57,018 bases of DNA from a virus. The notes below the pieces were generated by a model that saw only the letters and a program-made list of their open reading frames with translations, searched no databases and had not been told where the DNA came from. The first letter of the stretch is position 1; each line of letters begins with the position of its first letter. The stretch lies in the IMG/VR virus record IMGVR_UViG_3300035703_000114. One strand, given 5' to 3'. Below, piece after piece: positions 51,705 to 57,018 of this stretch. The position numbers and the translations under genes are program-made.

Positions 51705-52229
51705 CTAGGCCGGCTGCTCCCAGCTTGGCATGACACGAGCTTGACCGTTGTAGTGTCCTACTTTTCCGTAGTCGATATCAGGGATTCCGGCAGTTATAAC
51801 AAAAACCATCTGGCCAATCTTTAGGCCAGGGTATAAAGGAAGAGAATGCAGTCGACGAGCGTTAACTAACTCTAAAGTCAACCTACTTCCGGACCACAAG
51901 GGATCAGCAAAACCAGCGTGGCTGTGCTCGTAACCTTCACGAGCACGAGAAGATTTAAGGCAAAACATACCGCATACATCATTTGGCATGTTGAATGTTT
52001 CGCGTGTTTCCGCAAGCACAAACTCGCCAGGTGCCAGCCAGTAAGGATTTTCAGCCGTGCAATGCGCAATTGATTGAAGTTGCAGCTCGGATGTGTGCTC
52101 AACTTCAACCATAATGTTGTCGCCAAGCCTCAGATCGAGCGATGCCGGATTGAGCAGCTCAGGCTCGAATGGCTCGATCATCCGTTCCTCTTGAATGAGG
52201 CGCTGGATCTCGCGGTCGTGAAGGATCAT
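51705..52229 (-). CDS. dcd: dCTP deaminase (dUTPase superfamily)
   Basis: MILHDREIQRLIQEERMIEPFEPELLNPASLDLRLGD... and ...GMFCLKSSRAREG...GFADPLWSG...LEL follow the Dcd family pattern. Confidence 0.88.
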   Translation of the reverse strand: MILHDREIQRLIQEERMIEPFEPELLNPASLDLRLGDNIMVEVEHTSELQLQSIAHCTAENPYWLAPGEFVLAETRETFNMPNDVCGMFCLKSSRAREGYEHSHAGFADPLWSGSRLTLELVNARRLHSLPLYPGLKIGQMVFVITAGIPDIDYGKVGHYNGQARVMPSWEQPA

Positions 52230-52235
52230 CCGAAA

Positions 52236-53321
52236 TTAGTAGTCCCATTGCACTTTAAGACGCCCTGCGCGAATTCCCGTGTGAATGAAACCTTTTGGTG
52301 CGCCGCGCCCGGTGCTGTAGGGCCAGTTTTTAAGGCACCAGTCTTGAAGCTTGTAAATGTCAATGCCTTCGATGCACCAGTCAACCGCGCCTACTCCGGG
52401 TGCATTGAATAGGTGTTCCGACCCTGACGCGCCACCAACTGAGCGATTGATTGCTGGAGGACGATATCCGCTGGTAATGATCACCGGCTTGTTACCGAAG
52501 GCTGTCCGCGCTCGCTCCAAAAATGCCGCCAGCTCAGCCGCTGTATCGACTTGGTACTGGTGATCAAACCTGCGCGCTTCCTGTCCGAGCGCAAATTCAC
52601 CCAACGTGATATGCGGCGTTAGTCGAGCGCTAAACGGGCTGCTTGGTGTCAGCTTGGCAGGGTCTTGCTGAACCTCAGGCTGCTTCGGCAAGCTAGAGCG
52701 CCAGAGTTCTCCTTCCGCGCGACGACGACGAAGAAGACCAGCCTCCACATTCGTACCCGGATTGCGATACAACTCAAGTGCTGCTGGCACTGCGCCCCAG
52801 TCGCGTTCGCGCAATCGTTTGCTGATGGTCTCGAAGCCAGCAGTGCCATAGAAGCCAGATCCGAGATTGTAAGCGAATGAGATCAAAGCAGACTGCTGCC
52901 CATCAGTCATTTTTGACCAATGCGGTACTGTTTCGCTAAGTTTTTTAGCAATTTGATCAATTTCTGTGCGGACAAACATGTCCGCTTCGATCACAGTGAT
53001 CTTGTCGCCACGACTGACGGGACGGCCACCTGGGTAGCGAGTGGTGCCGTAACCGATTGTCCAGGGGTCGCCACCACTAAAAGGGTCTGGGTAGGCGGTG
53101 AGATGACAACCTTCAAATTCTTTAATAAGTTTTAGCGCTGGAGCATAATCGCCCTGCTTGCCACCTTGACTCCACGCCTTAAACCAACCCTGATCGCGAC
53201 CAAGGATATGCGGATTTGCCTTGTTGATCGCGTCCTCAAGCTCGCTCAGGGCCGCCATTTGATGCGGCAATGCTTTGTAATACTTAAATAAATCAAGTAG
53301 GCGGATTTTGTTTTGCGTCAT
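52236..53321 (-). CDS. Multidomain endolysin: N-terminal module + GH24 lysozyme + M15 peptidase
   Basis: LIKEFEGCHLTAYPDP...WTIGYGTTRY (T4/lambda-type lysozyme catalytic region) plus C-terminal ITSGYRPPAINRSVGGASGSEHL...GAVDW...FIHTG (VanY/M15 zinc peptidase H-D-H pattern). Confidence 0.88.
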   Translation of the reverse strand: MTQNKIRLLDLFKYYKALPHQMAALSELEDAINKANPHILGRDQGWFKAWSQGGKQGDYAPALKLIKEFEGCHLTAYPDPFSGGDPWTIGYGTTRYPGGRPVSRGDKITVIEADMFVRTEIDQIAKKLSETVPHWSKMTDGQQSALISFAYNLGSGFYGTAGFETISKRLRERDWGAVPAALELYRNPGTNVEAGLLRRRRAEGELWRSSLPKQPEVQQDPAKLTPSSPFSARLTPHITLGEFALGQEARRFDHQYQVDTAAELAAFLERARTAFGNKPVIITSGYRPPAINRSVGGASGSEHLFNAPGVGAVDWCIEGIDIYKLQDWCLKNWPYSTGRGAPKGFIHTGIRAGRLKVQWDY

Positions 53322-53487
53322 TGCTCCAGGGTGCGTGAATACTCATTGCGCCACCGAGGAGGCGGCTGTCGCCGGTTTGCAGTTCAGGGTCAACCGGGTG
53401 ATTGATGATGACAGGCAGCTCGATTGCAGGTGGTTGCGTTGCGTGCCACTCCGCTTCAGCTTGATCAAGCTTCGCCGGCAACGTCAA
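53293..53487 (-). CDS. ORF in the -1 frame downstream of the 46-aa membrane gene (64 aa from TTG, or fused via frameshift)
   Basis: No ATG or GTG start. The frame is open back to the A_AAA_AAG site. Overlaps the endolysin start by 29 nt. Confidence 0.4.
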   Translation of the reverse strand: MTLPAKLDQAEAEWHATQPPAIELPVIINHPVDPELQTGDSRLLGGAMSIHAPWSNDAKQNPPT

Positions 53488-53552
53488 CTCAAACCACCAT
53501 TGTTTGATGGCCTGTTCTAAACGACGCTGCCAGCCTGGCTTGCCGAAGCTGA

Positions 53553-53693
53553 TCAGAGCTTTTTTCCCTTCAGCGCACGCAGCGCGTGAAACACAAGCTG
53601 AATAATGCTGTTGTCTTTCAGTGGCGACAAAGCAATCAGCTCAGAGGCTGCAGCCACGCAAATCCAAAATGCGGGATGATGAATAAAGTCCAT
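53553..53693 (-). CDS. Small single-pass membrane protein (46 aa, below cut-off); holin/lysis-regulator candidate
   Basis: Manual translation gives MDFIHHPAFWICVAAASELIALSPLKDNSIIQLVFHALRALKGKKL. Lies in the lysis cassette. Confidence 0.55.
   Translation of the reverse strand: MDFIHHPAFWICVAAASELIALSPLKDNSIIQLVFHALRALKGKKL
53559..53565 (-). other. Candidate -1 frameshift heptamer A_AAA_AAG
   Basis: Zero frame reads ...ctg aag ggA AAA AAG ctc tga. The -1 frame continues ALISFGKPGWQRRLEQAIKQWWFELTLPAKLDQAEAEW... for 88 codons. Confidence 0.4.
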
Positions 53694-53717
53694 GGTCGTT
53701 CGGCGGATATCAAAAGT

Positions 53718-53978
53718 CTACGGGTGCTGGCGCTGGCGGCCAATGTTCATTTCCAAAGTCCTAACGCGCCCTTCAAGATCCGATAACCGCTCTTTGCTGT
53801 CGTTTTTGAGTTCTTGAATGTCCGCTGCAACCGTATTAACGGACTGATCTAGCTTGGCGACTTGCATAAAAAGACCGGCTAAACCAACCACCGCAGCGGT
53901 CAGCAGAGCGGGAATTATTTGGTTGAACGGACTTTCAGGTGGCTTGGCTGTAATTAGCGCCTCTTCGTGGTGTTCCAT
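53718..53978 (-). CDS. Membrane-anchored coiled-coil protein (86 aa); holin or spanin-like candidate
   Basis: From ATG 53978: MEHHEEALITAKPPESPFNQ, then TM segment IIPALLTAAVVGLAGLFMQVA, then coiled coil LDQSVNTVAADIQELKNDSKERLSDLEGRVRTLE. Confidence 0.6.
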   Translation of the reverse strand: MEHHEEALITAKPPESPFNQIIPALLTAAVVGLAGLFMQVAKLDQSVNTVAADIQELKNDSKERLSDLEGRVRTLEMNIGRQRQHP

Positions 53979-54009
53979 TGCGAGGCATGCTGCCGACCTT
54001 TTCCCTAGA

Positions 54010-54147
54010 TTAGCGACCCTGCCCGCGCAGCTTTTTCTTACCGCGACGCTGTGGGCGTGAATTTTGTCCCATGCCTTGACTGGTTGTTTTCGAGCGGCCA
54101 CCTTGATGCTCGAGCCTGCCAGTGCCAGTTTTAGCTTTTACTGCCAT
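54010..54147 (-). CDS. Very basic small protein (45 aa, below cut-off)
   Basis: GAGGA Shine-Dalgarno 3 nt before the ATG. Sequence MAVKAKTGTGRLEHQGGRSKTTSQGMGQNSRPQRRGKKKLRGQGR. Competes with the N-terminal extension of the 127-aa ORF-track entry. Confidence 0.4.
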   Translation of the reverse strand: MAVKAKTGTGRLEHQGGRSKTTSQGMGQNSRPQRRGKKKLRGQGR

Positions 54148-54189
54148 TCGTCCTCATCCAAAGAGCTAATTGCCACCAAACAATAGGCA

Positions 54190-54218
54190 AGAAAAACGCC
54201 GGTGCACCAAGCACCGGC
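54190..54218 (-). terminator. Rho-independent terminator after the 104-aa gene
   Basis: Minus strand reads GCCGGTGC-ttggt-GCACCGGC followed by GTTTTTCTT. Confidence 0.8.
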
Positions 54219-54253
54219 CAGGATAAGTGCTGTCACCGATAACGTTCCGCTAA

Positions 54254-54568
54254 TTAGTTAGCCCAAGGCACGCCAGCGGCTTTCGACGGCGAGCGCTGTT
54301 CGTTGATCTGAGCCTGCAGGGCGGCTTCGATCTCGGCAATTTTCTCGTCGCCACCGAGGGCTTCTTTGACCCAGCCGATCACGGTGTCTTCGGTGAGGTC
54401 GGCGTAGGGGATTAGGTTGTCAGGGCGTTGAAAACCGATGCTGCCGTAAGCACCGCTGGAATACGTGCCGTCGTTGGCGTTGATTGTGTAGTGGGCGGTA
54501 AACACAAAGCCGTCCTCGGTTTCGCGTTCGAGGTTGGCAATCGCCCAAGTAAATACAGTGTCAGCCAT
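54254..54568 (-). CDS. Hypothetical protein (104 aa), probably abundantly expressed
   Basis: Clean ORF MADTVFTWAIANLERETEDGFVFTAHYTINANDGTYSSGAYGSIGF..., followed by the strongest-looking terminator in this arm. Confidence 0.7.
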   Translation of the reverse strand: MADTVFTWAIANLERETEDGFVFTAHYTINANDGTYSSGAYGSIGFQRPDNLIPYADLTEDTVIGWVKEALGGDEKIAEIEAALQAQINEQRSPSKAAGVPWAN

Positions 54569-54650
54569 GAAAATAGTGGCAGTGGTACCAGAGTAATCGG
54601 GTTGCAGCCAGTTGGGAAGGGTCGGCTGCCCACCCTTTTAGAGAAGGTGA

Positions 54651-54896
54651 CTACTGGGCTTCAAGCTCGTCAGCGATGGCGAGAAGTTTCTTGCGACAAG
54701 CCTGACGGGCATCGCGCTCAAACATCCAGCGCTGATCACCCCCGTAAAGCGGCTCATCCGGCACCACTTGATCCACAGCAGCTCGCAGGGCGGCGGCAAT
54801 CTGAGCACGACGCCTGTCGTAAATGTTCCATTTGTCGTTAATAATTTTCCAAAAAGCGTCATCAACTGCTTGAGTAGCGGGTGAAAATTCAGACAT
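54651..54896 (-). CDS. Hypothetical protein (81 aa)
   Basis: Helical ORF. The C-terminal part is loosely similar to the C-termini of the MT(D/N)YKAT paralogues. Confidence 0.6.
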   Translation of the reverse strand: MSEFSPATQAVDDAFWKIINDKWNIYDRRRAQIAAALRAAVDQVVPDEPLYGGDQRWMFERDARQACRKKLLAIADELEAQ

Positions 54897-54910
54897 AGAA
54901 GTGGAAGCGA

Positions 54911-55093
54911 CTACTGGGCGTCAAGACATAACAGCTTGCGGATCCGAGCCGCTTCCTGTTCGTAGACCTCCATACCTTCCAGTTGCTCGATGCCCGCAAG
55001 ATCACACATTTTTGCAAGATCCCACCGGAGACTGTCATTGAAAAGGCGTTCGTAGAGGAACTCTCGGATTTTGGCTTTGTGCTCGCGTTTCAT
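54911..55093 (-). CDS. Hypothetical protein (60 aa)
   Basis: ORF in the same-strand series with short gaps. Confidence 0.55.
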   Translation of the reverse strand: MKREHKAKIREFLYERLFNDSLRWDLAKMCDLAGIEQLEGMEVYEQEAARIRKLLCLDAQ

Positions 55094-55105
55094 TAGTGGT
55101 AATGA

Positions 55106-55321
55106 CTACGAAAGCGGGTAAAGCTGATTGATCGCATCACGAATGAGAAAAGCATCTGCCTTGCTAAGGCTTAGCTTTATTTCACCCACTTGATCGTTGT
55201 CGTCGTGATACTTGATGGTAAGGCCAGAGCCAGGCTCTACGTCGCACTCAGCAAAGCAGTCTTCAACTGTCCACCACCATTCAGGTTCAGATTGACAGCG
55301 TTTAATGGTTGTTACTGGCAT
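55106..55321 (-). CDS. Hypothetical protein (71 aa)
   Basis: ORF in the same-strand series. Confidence 0.55.
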   Translation of the reverse strand: MPVTTIKRCQSEPEWWWTVEDCFAECDVEPGSGLTIKYHDDNDQVGEIKLSLSKADAFLIRDAINQLYPLS

Positions 55322-55343
55322 GGTTTATTAGAAAAATGGTTAC

Positions 55344-55559
55344 TCAGTTCGGCCAAGCTTCATCAGCCTTCTGAAGCAGGTAAGCAATAAAGCGCTCCAC
55401 CTCTTCGCGGCTTTCAAAAACTTCCGTGTAGTGCGGATCCTCGTTGTTTGCCAGTTTTACAACGCCGTCTTGAACCCACGCGGAATGTTTCTCCATGTGG
55501 TTCTCGCGCTGTTCAAGCCATTTGGCAGGCGTGAGCTTGGGGTAAGGTTCTTGGGTCAT
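55344..55559 (-). CDS. Hypothetical protein (71 aa)
   Basis: ATG 55559 is preceded by GGAGAcc (good RBS). Sequence MTQEPYPKLTPAKWLEQRENHMEKHSAWVQDG... Confidence 0.65.
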   Translation of the reverse strand: MTQEPYPKLTPAKWLEQRENHMEKHSAWVQDGVVKLANNEDPHYTEVFESREEVERFIAYLLQKADEAWPN

Positions 55560-55770
55560 GGTCTCCAGGGGATCGTGGCCAGGGCAGGGTGTTGACGCAC
55601 GCCTGCCCACCCACCATACCATGTGCTACAGTGCTGCGGCTGATCAGAAAGCAGCAAAGCGGCTGGGGTGAGATCCAGTTGCAAAAGCGGCGGGGGTGAC
55701 ATCCTGCCGATTTTTAATGGGATGAGCGACCCCCAGGTTTGAGCATCGTTGAGAGGCTTAGGGGGTGTTG

Positions 55771-55819
55771 TGTTAACAATAGCCTGTTTTGTTAACACAA
55801 GTCGTGGCCAATGTTAACA
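55771..55819. promoter_or_regulatory. Three copies of the 8-bp palindrome TGTTAACA (putative operator cluster)
   Basis: Copies at 55771..55778, 55790..55797 and 55812..55819 (spacings 19 and 22 bp), in the 305-bp gap upstream of the 55559 operon. I did not see the full octamer elsewhere on visual scanning. Confidence 0.6.
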
Positions 55820-55864
55820 AGAGCCGCACCTAGCAAGCCCAACTATCCGGGAATTCCAGATGGT

Positions 55865-56059
55865 TCAACGCCTAGTGCCGCTGTATCCACACTCGGGGCA
55901 ATGGATAGACCACTGCGGCGGCCAACTTGTAAGACAAACTGATGGGTTGGAATCCATCAGCTCAGAACCGCAATCCGGGCAGGCAATGCCGTTCTTGACG
56001 GGTCCGGTGGTAAAGGCCCACGCTTGCCGGTTGTGGTCTTCCAGAGATGTCAGAGTCAT
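55865..56059 (-). CDS. Zinc-ribbon protein (64 aa)
   Basis: CPDCGSE...x21...CPECGY. Confidence 0.6.
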   Translation of the reverse strand: MTLTSLEDHNRQAWAFTTGPVKNGIACPDCGSELMDSNPSVCLTSWPPQWSIHCPECGYSGTRR

Positions 56060-56145
56060 AAGTGAAAGCCTAGTGGATCACGGATTAACAACAACGGATC
56101 TTGTGGATCATGAAGTGCCAATCCGTCAACGACAAGTGAGTAGGG

Positions 56146-56628
56146 TTACTGGCTCTGGCTGGCTTCTATGTAAGCCACGATGGCTTTCAATTCAGCAAGC
56201 GTGGCGTTGTTCTTGATCATGTTTGCTCGCATCGAGATGACTGCAATGTTGCCGGGCACATACCCCTTGCTGTTGTCGATCCGATCCAGGCTCGGGGAGT
56301 TCTCCACTTGATCGCGGTTTGACCTTCCAGCGCCAACACGAGCGAACAGTGGGATGCCCAACACCGGACAGGTTTCGGGGATCTCAATGTCGTCTTTTGT
56401 GATGGTGCAGTCCAGTCCGGCGATGCGAGCGCGGTTGCGAGCCGCGTAAACCATCTTCTGCCGTGGATCCAGCTCCATGTACTTCTGTATCTCGCACTGA
56501 CGGCAGCGTGAGATACGAGGTACACCAAGAATGTCCTTCTTTGCCCGCTTGACTTTGTAGAAGTCAGTCTGCGGTTTGTGCTCCTTGCAGATATTGCACT
56601 GACGCAGCGCGGGGCATGTCATCACCAT
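56146..56628 (-). CDS. HNH homing-type endonuclease
   Basis: SPSLDRIDNSKGYVPGNIAVISMRANMIKN plus an N-terminal Cys cluster (CNICKEH...CRQCE). Start chosen at ATG 56628, overlapping the fibre stop (ATGGTGA). The ORF track starts at 56670. Confidence 0.8.
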   Translation of the reverse strand: MVMTCPALRQCNICKEHKPQTDFYKVKRAKKDILGVPRISRCRQCEIQKYMELDPRQKMVYAARNRARIAGLDCTITKDDIEIPETCPVLGIPLFARVGAGRSNRDQVENSPSLDRIDNSKGYVPGNIAVISMRANMIKNNATLAELKAIVAYIEASQSQ

Positions 56629-57018
56629 GTGCTGATCGCTGAGCGCTTCCATGTGTTTGTAGCAGTGCAAACGTAGATGTAATTGGCATCCCAGCAGATC
56701 TCTCCGGTTGTACCAGTATCAGATGCCGATGCAGGTGTTTTTGCCGTGGCAATCCTAACTCGATCTCCGTTTACCTGTAGGAGTGCGCCACCAGAGTCCG
56801 AGGACGTGCCAACTAACAACCTGCCGGAGCTGTCGATGCGAGCTTTCTCAGTGGCCGCGCCACCGTTTGCGTTGGTAGCAAATACAAGGTGATTGCCGCT
56901 TTCAGACGCCCCAGTATTGACTGCGCCAATGTACGCATAGCGGTTGTCGCCGTAATCGACGGTGCCGTTGGAAAACGCAATTCGAGCGCCGCTGTTAGAT
57001 CCACCATTGCGATTTTGT
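56622..57018 (-). CDS. Tail fibre protein, C-terminal part (continuation of 1..1060)
   Basis: ...ARIAFSNGTVDYGDNRYAYIGAVNTGASESGNHLVFATNANGGAATEKARIDSSGRLLVGTSS...GEICWDANYIYVCTATNTWKRSAISTW-stop. The C-W-D-x-N-Y-x-Y-V-C...W-K-R ending is typical of phage fibre C-termini. Confidence 0.8.
   Translation of the reverse strand, partial: QNRNGGSNSGARIAFSNGTVDYGDNRYAYIGAVNTGASESGNHLVFATNANGGAATEKARIDSSGRLLVGTSSDSGGALLQVNGDRVRIATAKTPASASDTGTTGEICWDANYIYVCTATNTWKRSAISTW
56972..57018. repeat. 47-bp terminal sequence identical to 1..47
   Basis: Exact match to the window start. Confidence 0.95.

Noticed and set aside
53718-54101. Full 127-aa version of the coiled-coil membrane protein ORF
   Set aside because: The N-terminal 41 codons overlap, in another frame, a 45-aa ORF that has a strong GAGGA RBS. 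The internal ATG at 53978 gives a compact TM plus coiled-coil protein. Left unresolved, but the long form is less likely.
55860-56216. 118-aa plus-strand ORF spanning the zinc-ribbon gene and the HNH 3' end
   Set aside because: It overlaps two minus-strand genes with clear CxxC and HNH motifs, and no regulatory context supports it.
1-57018. Lysogeny module (integrase, CI-like repressor, attP)
   Set aside because: I found no tyrosine or serine recombinase motifs and no CI-like repressor. The inverted repeats around the GC cassette are not accompanied by a recognisable recombinase, so I do not call the phage temperate.

Overview
The window is one complete tailed-phage genome. Its first and last 47 bases are identical (assembly overlap), leaving about 56,971 unique bp, and a tail-fibre gene runs in frame across the junction. 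I recognised no rRNA, tRNA, CRISPR array, integrase or DNA polymerase gene. There are two transcription arms. (1) The minus-strand arm runs from 39260 down to 1 and continues from 57018 down to 51307. In order it carries: an RHH regulator translationally coupled to a primase/SF3 helicase; an iteron-dense putative origin; a PD-(D/E)XK protein; an operon with a ligase-like nucleotidyltransferase-only protein and a secreted RlpA-like protein; a very GC-rich five-gene cassette; a lambda-like packaging and morphogenesis series (TerS, GpA-type TerL, gpW-like, lambda-type portal, protease-scaffold-capsid polyprotein, connector proteins, major tail protein, G/GT chaperones with a GGGAAAC -1 slip site, 1574-aa tape measure, L/K/J-like tip proteins, extra tube-fold proteins, two long fibres, a beta-propeller protein); several small unknown genes; a lysis cassette (membrane proteins plus a GH24+M15 endolysin); and dCTP deaminase. 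(2) The plus-strand arm (39302..51383) holds tightly overlapping early genes: HNH nucleases, SF2 helicase, VRR-NUC, DnaQ-like exonuclease, RecE-like exonuclease, a protein with an SSB-type DEIPF tail, dNMP kinase and many small unknowns. The arms diverge from a 41-bp switch built on a perfect 10-bp inverted repeat. The best candidate for something undescribed is the GC-rich cassette at 28848..32486. It has five unrecognisable ORFs, its own near-consensus promoter and terminator, recurring TTACCTGTTA leaders, and perfect 15-bp inverted repeats at its borders, and it adjoins a 615-bp repeat-rich noncoding region. Other leads: the ligase-like protein coupled to a secreted RlpA-like protein, a Cys4 motif reused in three or four proteins, an A_AAA_AAG slip site in the lysis cassette, an antisense HTH gene, and a triplet of TGTTAACA palindromes. 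All family names are recalled from motif reading, not from searches. GC values are hand counts on sample 60-nt lines.
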